64,000 nt of DNA, from assembly GCA_045863855.1 (NCBI GenBank), contig BTVV01000012.1, forward strand, positions 23,330 through 87,329. The letters run 5' to 3'. Numbering within the stretch: the first letter of the stretch is position 1; each line of letters starts with the position of its first letter. The position numbers and the translations under genes are program-made. This document shows positions 47,046-56,444 of the stretch, piece by piece. The stretch comes from Planctomycetota bacterium (GTDB lineage Bacteria > Planctomycetota > SZUA-567 > H5-PLA8). The notes beneath the pieces are model-generated. The model worked only from the letters and a program-made list of their open reading frames with translations. It did no database searches and was not told where the DNA came from.

Positions 47046-47083
47046 TAAAAAAGAAAGGGCCCGCGCGGTTGCCCGCCGGGCCC
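47046..47083 (-). terminator. Rho-independent terminator after the pilM operon
   Basis: GGGCCCG/CGGGCCC plus GCGG/CCGC stem, followed on the minus strand by TTTCTTTTTT. Confidence 0.7.
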
Positions 47084-47108
47084 CAATCGACTCGCTATAC
47101 GCAATGCA

Positions 47109-48686
47109 TTACTGGCCCTTCTTCTCCAGGATTTCCTTCACCTTTTGTTTGCGCAGCCGCTCTTCTTCTTCGCGCTCCTTCAGCAGGCGATCCATGATGA
47201 TGAACGCATCCTTGCGCTTCTCGAAATCGCCCCGGCGCACGTGCTCTTCCTGCGCGCCCGATTTGATATCCTCGAGCACCGCGATCAGCGTCGGCTTGCG
47301 CTGCTCCACCTGCTTCTCTTCCATGATCGGCCGGCCCAGCGCGTCCAGCTTCGGCACTTCGATCTCCGTCTGGCCGTCGGGACCCATCTTCTTTTCCATC
47401 ACCGCGACCCGAACCACCTTCATCTCGCGGTCCTCGCCCGCCTTGATCTCGGCCAGCTTGAAGCCCGACTTGAACTCCCACAGCTTCTGCTCGCCGCTCG
47501 TCTTGTCCTTGTAGCGAAGCGTCTCCTTCAACTCCTCGCCGTACGTCGTCCAGACGGTGATCTCCTGCCACTCTTCCGCCGGGTACACCCACACCTGCAT
47601 CGCGAACTGGCCCTTGTACACCGGCGACCCGCGGCGGCTGGGCGGCAGCGACATATCCGGCAACTCGCCCTGCATGCCGGCGAAGCGCAGCTTGAAGCTC
47701 GGCGGCGTCGCCACCTTGAGCGCGTCGGTCCAGGAACTGGCGTACAGCTTCACCGCCGAACCTTCCTTCGCGGGCTTGACCTCTTCCTGATCCTTCGCCA
47801 CCTTCACCCGGATGCGCTTGTCGCCCAGCGTGATCAGCCCGTTCGCGCCCGTCGTCACCAGCCGAGCCACCAGCCGAGCTTTGTAGAAGTACTCGTTCTT
47901 CGGAGCAACCTTGCGGTCGTGCGTGACCAGCAGATCCTTGAACCGCGCGGGGTCCAGCGTGGTCTGGTCCACCACCGGAGCGTCTTCCGCCGCCGCCGGA
48001 GCGTCCTCCGCGCGTTTCGTGCTGCGCGAGGTCTGGTCCGACGGGCCGGCCGGTTCGCCGGCCTCGGGCTTGGGCGCGTCTTCCGGCTTGGGCTTCGCCG
48101 GGTCTTCCTTCTTGGCCGGCTTGATCAGCTCCAACCCCGGAATGTCTTCCTCCGGGTTGAGGTCGATCGTCTGGGCCAGCTCTTCCACCTTATCCGCCGT
48201 GGCGCCGCGGTAGATCTCCACGCGCACGGGGATCATGTACTTCAAATGCGCGGCCGGAATCCGGCAGGTCAGGTACACGCCGTTATGGTCGGCCTCGGCC
48301 GCCACTTCCGACGGCGGCTTCAGGATCGCGAAATCGTCCACGATCGGCGTCTGGATGTCCGCGCCCTGCGGCTTGTCCTTCGGGTCCACGTACGGGCGCT
48401 TCGGACGCGGGTAGTACGCGTACGCCGGCGTCGCCGCCAACCCTTCTTCGGGCCGGCTGAAATTCGCCTTAAGCCGTTCGGCGTACCCAACCTGATTCTT
48501 CGGGTGCCACGGGAAGTCCTCGGCCGGCGGCTTGGACAGGTAGCCCTTGATCTCGGCCAGATCCTTGCCCAGATCCTGAAGCGCGGCAGGCTCCTCCACC
48601 TCCAGGCTGCCGGCGATGATCCACCCGGCTATCGCCAGCACCACCACCGTGACGATCTTCTCGCCGTGTTGAAAGAGCAGTTGCAC
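47109..48686 (-). CDS. Membrane-anchored hypothetical protein, third gene of the pilM operon
   Basis: QHGEKIV then an N-terminal TM segment, Fn3-like YFYKARL; co-oriented with pilM. GTG start 48686 (or 48707). Confidence 0.7.
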   Translation of the reverse strand: MQLLFQHGEKIVTVVVLAIAGWIIAGSLEVEEPAALQDLGKDLAEIKGYLSKPPAEDFPWHPKNQVGYAERLKANFSRPEEGLAATPAYAYYPRPKRPYVDPKDKPQGADIQTPIVDDFAILKPPSEVAAEADHNGVYLTCRIPAAHLKYMIPVRVEIYRGATADKVEELAQTIDLNPEEDIPGLELIKPAKKEDPAKPKPEDAPKPEAGEPAGPSDQTSRSTKRAEDAPAAAEDAPVVDQTTLDPARFKDLLVTHDRKVAPKNEYFYKARLVARLVTTGANGLITLGDKRIRVKVAKDQEEVKPAKEGSAVKLYASSWTDALKVATPPSFKLRFAGMQGELPDMSLPPSRRGSPVYKGQFAMQVWVYPAEEWQEITVWTTYGEELKETLRYKDKTSGEQKLWEFKSGFKLAEIKAGEDREMKVVRVAVMEKKMGPDGQTEIEVPKLDALGRPIMEEKQVEQRKPTLIAVLEDIKSGAQEEHVRRGDFEKRKDAFIIMDRLLKEREEEERLRKQKVKEILEKKGQ

Positions 48687-48743
48687 GGTTCTTCTCTCCT
48701 TCCGCACCGAACGCCGCGGACGCCGCCCAATCCCTTAGTTCGT

Positions 48744-49823
48744 CTACTTCGCCGTCTTGCTCGCCTTGGAACCCTTCGCCGCCGGAGGCGGAGCGGGCGG
48801 CTCCAGCAGCTTCTTCGCCGCCGCCCAGTCGAACTCCAGCAGATCCACGTCCACCAGGCACTGAATCGCCGCTTCCTGGTAATGCGTATTCACCTTCATC
48901 GCCGCCAGCTTCGCGGGCGTATCTTCGGCCTTCGGAGCCAGATTGTTCAAATCGTCCAGGCTCGGAAACGCCGCCGTGATCCGCTGCGTATCGATCCGCC
49001 GCACCACCCCGAACCAGCGCGGGCTCGACTCCAGGCGCTGAATCGCCGGAGCCACCGCCACCGCCGGGGCCGTAAAGAGGATGCGAAGCCGCTGCGCCGA
49101 AGAAAGCGCCGCAGGCGCCTTCTCCGTCGCGCCCGACGTCCCCGCCAGCTTCAGCGCTTCGTTGTACGTCGCGGTCTCCGCCAGCGCCGTCTGGTCCACC
49201 GGGATCAGCGTCAGCTTGTCCAGCGACAGGATGCCCACGCTCGCCGGCTTGGCCGCTTCGGGCTTCTTCTCGTCCGGTTCGAATTCCAGCGTCGTCACCG
49301 CCGCCTTCACCGAACCCAGCGCGCTCACCAGCTCCTCCACGATCGCCACCTGGCGCAGCCATTCCTGGCGCTTCGGCTCGTCGTTGCTCGGCAGGTTCAA
49401 GCCTTCGTAAAGGTAGGTCTTGGCGAAGCCGTCCGGAACCTTGAAGCCGCCTTCCTCGATCTTCTTCATGATGGCGGCGCGCTTTTCGATCAGCCAGCCG
49501 TCGAAGCGCAGCGTGTCCGTCGGCGCTTTCAGGTACTCTTCCGAAAGCGTGAAGCCTTTGCCCTTCCACGCTTCAATCACTTCTTTCTGCTGCTCTTCCA
49601 GATGCTTCCGGTAGGCCTGAGCGGCCTGGACGTGCTGCCCGCCCACGATCTTCTTGGAATCCTTGGCGTACTTGCGCACCTCGCCGGCCTTGGTGTCGAT
49701 CGCCGCGCGCAGCTCCGCGGATTCCGCGTGAATCCCCGGAACCACCACGAAATATACGCCCAGCGCGACCACCAGCACCGCCGCCAAGACAACCCAGAAG
49801 AGATACTTCATTACGCCGTCCAC
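48744..49823 (-). CDS. PilO-like membrane-anchored protein (assigned by position)
   Basis: N-terminal TM segment (KYLFWVVLAAVLVVALGVYF) and coiled coil; directly after pilM(N). GGAGG before GTG 49823. Confidence 0.6.
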   Translation of the reverse strand: MDGVMKYLFWVVLAAVLVVALGVYFVVVPGIHAESAELRAAIDTKAGEVRKYAKDSKKIVGGQHVQAAQAYRKHLEEQQKEVIEAWKGKGFTLSEEYLKAPTDTLRFDGWLIEKRAAIMKKIEEGGFKVPDGFAKTYLYEGLNLPSNDEPKRQEWLRQVAIVEELVSALGSVKAAVTTLEFEPDEKKPEAAKPASVGILSLDKLTLIPVDQTALAETATYNEALKLAGTSGATEKAPAALSSAQRLRILFTAPAVAVAPAIQRLESSPRWFGVVRRIDTQRITAAFPSLDDLNNLAPKAEDTPAKLAAMKVNTHYQEAAIQCLVDVDLLEFDWAAAKKLLEPPAPPPAAKGSKASKTAK

Positions 49824-49868
49824 GCGTCATCCTCCCGTGCGTTGCGTTCCTGACCCGGTCCGCCCCGA

Positions 49869-51836
49869 TTACTCGGCCGTCTTCTTCGGCGCGGCCTTCT
49901 TGGCCGGCGCTTTCGCGGGACCCTTCGCCGCGGGACCCGCCGGCGCCGCCGGCGCGACCTTCGGCAGAACGTCCGGATCGTCCTTCGGATTCCAGCGGAA
50001 CATCAGGTGGAACGAGGTGTAGCGGATGTTCTCCACCGGGCGCGCCGGCCGGCCCGAAACCGCCAAGCCGTCCCAGTCGAACTGCGGCCAGAAGTCGTTG
50101 TGCGACTTGTCCGTCGCATAGTGGTTGGCGCGCACGTCCGATACTTCCGGCATCGCCTCCAGCGTCTCTTTCAATTCGTCCAGCGTCGAATGCCCTTCGG
50201 CCAGGATTTCGCCGGACAGCACCACCACGATCGGAGCGTCCGCGCGCAGCTCGGGCGGCAACTCCTTCACGTTCGACGCCTTCGCGAAGTCCGCATAGAA
50301 GCCCTTCGCGCCCTGCAAGTTCGTCGACGTCTCGATCTGCTTCAGCCGGTTGTTGCCGTACTCTTCGCGGATCGGGTCCAGTTCCTTCCCCCCCAGCGTG
50401 AACGGCTGCCGCGAGACGTACAGGTTCGTCAGGTGCACTCTGCGGTCGATCCCGAACAGCGGCTTGCTCGCATCGGCCTTCTGCTTCAGGTCCATCAGCC
50501 GCGTGTAAATCTGCAGCATCCGGCCGCGGTCGCGGCCCACGCGCGCGATCCGCTGCAAGCGCGCCTCCGACGACGCCATCGGCTCCGGCTGCGCCGCCAG
50601 CTTCTTCAGTTCGTCCTCGTACTTCCGCACGTCCGCCGCCTGCTTGTCGGCATCGTCGCGGGCCGCCTTCAGGACGTCGCGCTCCTTGCTCGCGTGATGC
50701 CAGCTCATCCCCAGCGCCACCAGGATCGCCGCCGCGCTCAGCACGCCCCACTTGCGCTTACCGCTCACCGCGATCTCGGTCTTGCGCTCCTGCGGCAGCA
50801 AGTTGACCTTCAACTCGCCCAGGTCCAGGCCCTGCAGCCCAAGCCCGATCGCCACCGCCATCGTCGGGAACTCGTTCGCGAAGACACCCGGATTGATCAC
50901 GCGGTCGAGCTGGATCTTGTTCACGCCTTCCACCAGCGTGCACGGCGCTTCGCGTACCTGCTTGGCCAGGTTCTCGGCCATCTTCGGCAGGCGGAACGTG
51001 TGCCCTAAAAGGTAGCACTGCGCCAGCTTCGCCCCGCGCGCCTTCGACTTGTAGAAGCCGATCGTGCGCTGCACTTCAGCCGAAAGCTGCCGCAGCGTCG
51101 GTTCGATCACGCCCAGGATCTTCTCGGCCTGCTTCGACTGCTCGATGTTCTTCTTCAGGTCCTCCGCCTTCTCGAACGGGACCTTGAACTTGTTCTCCAG
51201 CGCGCGCGTAATCTCGCGGCCCGCGATCGGGATCGTGCGGCTGTAGATGTGCCGACCGTGCATCACGACGAAATCCGTGCCCTTGTAGCCGGCATCCAGG
51301 ATCAGCGTCGGACCCTGCGGCGAAAACTCGTGGTGAATGAAGTTAAACAAGGCCACCGGCGAAACCGATACGCCCTGCACGTTCAAGTTGAACTGGTCGG
51401 TTAGCTGCAAAATCTCCTGCACGATCGTCTTGCGCACCGCGATCAGCTCCACGCCGATCCCCGTGCCGCTCGGATCGTCGTAACGCTCCCACCCCATCTC
51501 GACCTGCTCGAGCGGGAACGGTATCTGCTGCTTCGCTTCGTACAGCACCAGGTCCTGGATCTTCGCTTCCGAACCCGGCGGAAGCTGGAACTCCTTGAAC
51601 AGACACAGATCGCCCGGCAGCGAGAGGTACACCGGATCCTTCGCGAACTCGTGGTTCGTCGTCAGCGTCCGCAGCGCCGCCTGCACGCGCACCGCGCGGT
51701 CCGATTCTTCGTCGCCGCCGTAGATGTCGATGATATCGAAATCGACGATCACGGCCTCGCCAGCGACCTTCACCACCTTGACGGCTTTCACCGCCGAGTT
51801 GCCGATGTCGAGACCCCAAACGGTAGTGTGCGCCAT
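49869..51836 (-). CDS. pilM: Type IV pilus assembly protein PilM fused to a PilN-like domain
   Basis: VWGLDIGNSAVKAV actin-like motif, YEAKQQIPFPL, IPIAGREIT..L, EVQRTIGFY, AIGLGLQGL; then VNLLP + TM + periplasmic domain. Confidence 0.9.
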   Translation of the reverse strand: MAHTTVWGLDIGNSAVKAVKVVKVAGEAVIVDFDIIDIYGGDEESDRAVRVQAALRTLTTNHEFAKDPVYLSLPGDLCLFKEFQLPPGSEAKIQDLVLYEAKQQIPFPLEQVEMGWERYDDPSGTGIGVELIAVRKTIVQEILQLTDQFNLNVQGVSVSPVALFNFIHHEFSPQGPTLILDAGYKGTDFVVMHGRHIYSRTIPIAGREITRALENKFKVPFEKAEDLKKNIEQSKQAEKILGVIEPTLRQLSAEVQRTIGFYKSKARGAKLAQCYLLGHTFRLPKMAENLAKQVREAPCTLVEGVNKIQLDRVINPGVFANEFPTMAVAIGLGLQGLDLGELKVNLLPQERKTEIAVSGKRKWGVLSAAAILVALGMSWHHASKERDVLKAARDDADKQAADVRKYEDELKKLAAQPEPMASSEARLQRIARVGRDRGRMLQIYTRLMDLKQKADASKPLFGIDRRVHLTNLYVSRQPFTLGGKELDPIREEYGNNRLKQIETSTNLQGAKGFYADFAKASNVKELPPELRADAPIVVVLSGEILAEGHSTLDELKETLEAMPEVSDVRANHYATDKSHNDFWPQFDWDGLAVSGRPARPVENIRYTSFHLMFRWNPKDDPDVLPKVAPAAPAGPAAKGPAKAPAKKAAPKKTAE

Positions 51837-52204
51837 GAGACCGCTCCGCTCCTGCACGCCGAGTTCGGAAAAAGCCGTTTCCGTCAGGACAGTCGCCTGC
51901 CGCTCCCGGGCTGTTGAACCAATTAAAGGTTCAGCCCGAAAACACTTCGGCGCCGCCCGAACGGCCAGCCACCGCTACGTAAAGCTTCGCGTTAAACAGT
52001 TATGGAGACAAGCATTACGCCCGCAAGCCGGGTGGGTCAAGCGGAAAAAGGAAACCCCACCCCATACCCCCCGCATCGAGCTTCACTAACTGCAATCATG
52101 CGCCCACCTTCACACGTGCAACCTATTTCTTTCGGTACGCCCGACCGATTCCTGGGTCCGAGTTCCCGCGTTCCGAGATACTCCGCTTCCGAACCGCGCG
52201 GAGT

Positions 52205-52912
52205 TTGACTAGGGTGCGCGACTTAAAGGTAGCTCTAGCGGTCCTTCTGGCATGGAGCCTGGTTTTCGCAGCCGCGGCGAACGCGCACGAATCCCTGGCG
52301 CTGCATGCCGTGACCCATTCCGTGGTCGCGGGGTGCATCGGCAAACTCGCCCACGACGGCCCGCGCGCACGCGAAAACGCCCAGAACGCGCTGCGCTCCG
52401 CCGGACGCGCCGCGCTTCCCTTATTGAACCTCGCTCGGCAGGCAGACGACCCCGAACTCAAGGTCTACGCGCGCGAGCTTTACGCAGACCTCGAAGAACG
52501 TCACCTCTGCTCGAAGGTGGAATTGCTTTGGGCCTGGAGCGGTGGCCGCGTTCGAGCGGATGCTGTGCACGAACAGCGCCAGAGCCTCCAAACGTGGTTC
52601 GAAAAGTGCGATCTCGATTGGGCCGTTCCGAAGCTCGACGAATGGGAAGTGGACTTCTCGAAAGATCGAGTCGTGTGCGTCTTCGCGACCACGGCCGAAG
52701 GTCTTTGGGTGGAGCCCAAAGCCCGGGAATGGGTGGTGCGCAAGCCAATCGTCATACCCGCAGGCGGAGGAACGGCGCCCTCGGAATATAATTTACGCCT
52801 GTTGATCCTAAGGCTTCCGAAACATGCGAAGCCAATCAGCACAGAGGGCATCTATGCCGCATCTTCGAATTCCTACGGACGGGCCGAATCCGACGACCGG
52901 TTTGATTATTAG
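52205..52912 (+). CDS. Secreted hypothetical protein with a HEAT-like N-terminal segment
   Basis: Signal peptide (LAVLLAWSLVFAAAANA), RENAQNAL...G.AALPLL...DDPEL. TTG start; more A/T-ending codons than its neighbours. Confidence 0.6.
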   Translation: MTRVRDLKVALAVLLAWSLVFAAAANAHESLALHAVTHSVVAGCIGKLAHDGPRARENAQNALRSAGRAALPLLNLARQADDPELKVYARELYADLEERHLCSKVELLWAWSGGRVRADAVHEQRQSLQTWFEKCDLDWAVPKLDEWEVDFSKDRVVCVFATTAEGLWVEPKAREWVVRKPIVIPAGGGTAPSEYNLRLLILRLPKHAKPISTEGIYAASSNSYGRAESDDRFDY

Positions 52913-53064
52913 GAAGGTATCGGGCTTCCCCAGTGCATCACCCGTGCATGCCGGCATGCAAATTTCTCCGAATGACGCGCTACGGATTGCAGTAATAAAG
53001 GCCCGCATGTAAATTCCCGCCTGCGTGCGGGAAGGTCCTTCACCCCACCCCGAGAGATTCTTGC

Positions 53065-54252
53065 ATGCCAACCCTGCAAGCTGCCGCCAAGCGCTGCCTC
53101 CGCTGCGCCACGATCTTGCGCCAGAACCGCTCCGTCTGCCCCAGTTGCGGGACCGAAGTCGGCGCCCAGCCCGCGCCCGCGCGCGGACCGTCCGCCCCGG
53201 CCCAGGCCGCGCCTGGCCGAACCTCGCAACCGGCCGCCGCCGTACGTCCGGCCGCGGCTCAAGCGCCCGCGCAAGCCCCGCGCAAAAAAGTCTTCTGCGC
53301 GCTCTGCATGAAATCCCTCGAACCCGAACAGGCACGCGCCATCGTCCGCGACGATCCACAGGTTCTCGAAGCCCTCGGCGAAGCTCTGATCCAGCAGCAC
53401 AGCGGCGGGAACGCCTGCGAAGAATGCCTCGATACCTTCCGCGCAAAAGCGCAGCGCCAGAAAGCCGCCGCCGCCGGAGCACCCGCTCCCGAAGACGCGC
53501 CGCAACCGGCCGCCGCACGCCCTTCGCCCGGAGCCCCGCCGCGCCAAGCCGCCGCAACGGGCAAAGCCGCCGTCGATCCCCAGCAAGCCGTGCAAGCCTT
53601 CGAAACCAAGCCCAAGCCCAAGCTCGAGCCCGGCCCCTTCTATATGTGGATCTTCGGCGGTTGCGTCGGCGGCCTCATCGGAAACGGGATCTGGCTTGCC
53701 ATCGCGCTTCCCACCGGCTGGACCCTCGCTTTCATTTTCCTCATCCTACAGGCGGCGTTCGTCGGAGCCGGCGTGCGCGAAGGCGCCAAGGGCTTCACCG
53801 GGTGGCTCCCCGGACTCCTCGCCAGCGTCATGGCCCTCGCCTTTGGATTGTCCACCTACTATTTTCTGATCAAACAGGAGTACACGGCGCGGTTCGAGCA
53901 GTCGGAACCCGTCGAGACGCTCGTGATTGCCGACATCGCCAGCGACGTGGATACCGAGTTCGAAATGGATGGCACCGACACCGACGTCTCGATCGACCTG
54001 CTCGAAAACGACATCATGCGGGACGACTACACGCCCGCCGTCTGGGCCGAAGCCGAGAAACGCTGGAACGAAATGACCGAGGAGGATCGCGCGCAGAAGA
54101 TTGCCCAGTACGAGCGCGACCGTGACGAAGCGGTCACCACCGTCGCCGGCATCAGCTTACTGCTCGGCATCATCCTCAGCCCCACCGCGCTCCTGATCCT
54201 GGGCCTTACCGCCGCCACGGCCTATCGCAACGGAGCCGGAGCCCTTATGTGA
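53065..54252 (+). CDS. Double zinc-ribbon + multi-TM membrane protein
   Basis: CLRC..CPSC and CALC..CEEC, Pro/Ala linkers, TM block, acidic loop, WAEAEKRWN, final TM segment. Confidence 0.8.
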   Translation: MPTLQAAAKRCLRCATILRQNRSVCPSCGTEVGAQPAPARGPSAPAQAAPGRTSQPAAAVRPAAAQAPAQAPRKKVFCALCMKSLEPEQARAIVRDDPQVLEALGEALIQQHSGGNACEECLDTFRAKAQRQKAAAAGAPAPEDAPQPAAARPSPGAPPRQAAATGKAAVDPQQAVQAFETKPKPKLEPGPFYMWIFGGCVGGLIGNGIWLAIALPTGWTLAFIFLILQAAFVGAGVREGAKGFTGWLPGLLASVMALAFGLSTYYFLIKQEYTARFEQSEPVETLVIADIASDVDTEFEMDGTDTDVSIDLLENDIMRDDYTPAVWAEAEKRWNEMTEEDRAQKIAQYERDRDEAVTTVAGISLLLGIILSPTALLILGLTAATAYRNGAGALM

Positions 54253-54351
54253 GTGCGAACTGCGCAGCGCCTTTTGTACCGCTGGAGTTCGAACACACGA
54301 TGCCCATACTTCCCATGCTGGCCAGGTAATCTATAACCCGAGGTTCCGCCC

Positions 54352-55218
54352 ATGAGCCCTGCTCCGCAGTCACCGCCGCCCGAAGACGACGATCTCCAGC
54401 TCGTCCCCAGCGCACCCTCGGCCCACGGTCCGGCCGGCGGCCCGCAAGCGCCCAGCGGTCCGCAAGCGGCGCAGCCCTACGCCGCGGCGCCGCAGCCCCA
54501 AGGCGCTCCCGTCGGCGGCCCGCCGCCCTTGGCCCCCGATCCCGAGGCCGCTTCCGGACTCGGCGCCTTCAAGAAGGCCAAGCGCGAGGACGACGAAGAA
54601 CGCCCGGTCCATTTCTGGATCCTGGGCGGGCTGATCGGCGGAGCCATTGGCAGCGCGGTCTGGCTGGCCATCGCGCTCCCCACGGGCTGGACGCTCGGTA
54701 TCTTCGTCATTGTCATGGGCGCGTTGGTCGGAGCCGGCGTGCGCATGGGCGCGAAAGGCGCCTACGGCGTCCTCCCCGGAGCCGTCGCCGCACTCCTCAC
54801 CCTGGGCTTCAGCTACATCTGTCTGCACACCATCGTCAAGCACGAGATGGCGTCGTGGTCCGGTGAGGACAATACGCCCGACGAGACGATCATGATCTCG
54901 GATATCGCCGGCGAAGTGGAACTCGAAGTCATGGCCCAAGGCCGCCAGACCGAAGTCCCCGACGAGAACTACGAGAACGACGACCTGAAAGACAACTACC
55001 AGCCGTCCATCTGGGCCGAAGCCGAGAAACGCTGGAACGCCCTGCCTCCTGAAGAACGCACCAAGCGGATCGAAAGGCACCACAAGGATAAAGACGAAGC
55101 CATGAGCACCGTGGCCGACGTCGGCGTGCTCGTGACCTTGATCACCAGCCCCATGTTCATCGTGATGATCGTGCTGGCGGCGATCACCGCCTACAAGAAC
55201 GGCGCCGGCGGAACCTGA
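54352..55218 (+). CDS. Membrane protein, tandem paralog of 53065-54252 lacking the zinc ribbons
   Basis: Shares WLAIALPTGWTL, VGAGVR.GAKG, ET..I.DIA, WAEAEKRWN and TAY.NGAG. Confidence 0.8.
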   Translation: MSPAPQSPPPEDDDLQLVPSAPSAHGPAGGPQAPSGPQAAQPYAAAPQPQGAPVGGPPPLAPDPEAASGLGAFKKAKREDDEERPVHFWILGGLIGGAIGSAVWLAIALPTGWTLGIFVIVMGALVGAGVRMGAKGAYGVLPGAVAALLTLGFSYICLHTIVKHEMASWSGEDNTPDETIMISDIAGEVELEVMAQGRQTEVPDENYENDDLKDNYQPSIWAEAEKRWNALPPEERTKRIERHHKDKDEAMSTVADVGVLVTLITSPMFIVMIVLAAITAYKNGAGGT

Positions 55219-55230
55219 CCCCGCGCCCCA

Positions 55231-55303
55231 GCCGTTGCAGTCGCAGATGAAGTTTTCTCCCCCTTAGCAAGGGGGAGTAAGAAGAGGTGCCGTCGCCCTG
55301 CCC
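55231..55303 (+). repeat. REP-like palindromic repeat, single copy
   Basis: Core CTCCCCCTT-AGC-AAGGGGGAG at 55257-55277 with GCCGTTGCAGTCGCAG leader and GGTGCC tail. Confidence 0.85.
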
Positions 55304-55310
55304 GCCGCCC

Positions 55311-56123
55311 CTACGTCGCCCAAGCCTGCTTGCGCATCGCGCGCGGACTCAGTCCGAAATGCTTGCGAAACTGCTTCGAAAAATGATACGGATCCTCATG
55401 CCCGCACGCCCGCGCGATCTCCCCGATCCGAAGATGCGGATCGCGCAATAAATGAGCGGCGTGTTGCATCCGTAATACCTGCACGTACTCCAGTGGCGGC
55501 TGACCGAAATAGCGCTTGAACTCGCGGCATAAATGCCAGCGCGAGACATGCAGCCGCCGCGCCCATTCGTCGAGGCTCGTGCGCACCCCGATCGATTCCG
55601 CCAGCGCCCGCCGCAATTCCTGGTACTCCGGCGGCGCCGACGACCGCGGGCCCGGACCGTGAGCCGAACGCAACACCTCCCGCATCCAGCACTCCAGAAG
55701 CCCGCGCAAGATCGCCGCATCCGGCCGAAACGCGCTCCCCGCCTCGCGGCTCAGCCCCGCCAAGTAATGCTCCGATCCCGCCGGATCCGCCGGCAACGCC
55801 GTCCCCGCCGGAACCTTCAGCGACCGGAATATCCGCTCGACCCACGCGCCCTCCAGCGCCAGCCACGAATGCGTCCACGCCTGATCGGGATGCCCGTACG
55901 CGTGCGCCACGCCCGGAGGCAGCACCGCCACCCGGTGAGCCGGATGAGCGGCCTCGCCCAGATGAAACGGCGTGTGGAAGCAGATCAACAGATAGTGCTT
56001 CCCGCCTTGCGCGCGCCGGACCATCCCCGCGCGCATCGGTTCGCGCAGCCCCAAACCGTACAGGCGAAACTCCGCCGGGAGCCTCAAAGCCTGCGGGAAG
56101 ATGCGCCGCCGATTCGCTTGCAT
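55311..56123 (-). CDS. AraC family transcriptional regulator
   Basis: PPGVAHAYG..WTHSW cupin; LHVSRWHLCREFK...IARACGHEDPYHFSKQFRKHFGLSPRAMR. Confidence 0.92.
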   Translation of the reverse strand: MQANRRRIFPQALRLPAEFRLYGLGLREPMRAGMVRRAQGGKHYLLICFHTPFHLGEAAHPAHRVAVLPPGVAHAYGHPDQAWTHSWLALEGAWVERIFRSLKVPAGTALPADPAGSEHYLAGLSREAGSAFRPDAAILRGLLECWMREVLRSAHGPGPRSSAPPEYQELRRALAESIGVRTSLDEWARRLHVSRWHLCREFKRYFGQPPLEYVQVLRMQHAAHLLRDPHLRIGEIARACGHEDPYHFSKQFRKHFGLSPRAMRKQAWAT

Positions 56124-56156
56124 GCGCGCAATATACCACAAATTGAAAATGTGCTT

Positions 56157-56326
56157 CTAGGCGCTGTCCCGAATCGCTTCGAAAGCGCATGCGACGCGCG
56201 GACCAAGCAGGGCGGGGAGCCCGAACGCGCTTTATCTCTAGAATAGATACAGCAAGCGAGGCTGACGAAGCGCTGCGCAGGTCCCCGCAAGCAGACGCCG
56301 AAGAAGGGCTTCGGGACAAAGCCTGG
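56157..56326. mobile_element. 170-bp MITE-like element with terminal inverted repeats
   Basis: Left end CTAGGCGCTGTCCCGAA (56157-56173) and right end TTCGGGACAAAGCCTGG (56310-56326) are 14/17 complementary. The interior folds as a long imperfect hairpin. No credible ORF. Confidence 0.55.
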
Positions 56327-56444
56327 ATACGCTCCGCCTAAATCGGCGCAATAAAACACAGGTTTCCGCCAACCCGCTCCATTCCGCCCGCGCGGCGCGT
56401 CAGGTAAGGTGAATGGCACTTAGGCATCGTTCGAGGACCGAAAG

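Noticed and set aside
52205..52912. Horizontally acquired island (more A/T-ending codons)
   Set aside because: It is a single gene with no integrase, att repeats or tRNA, and the composition shift was not quantified.
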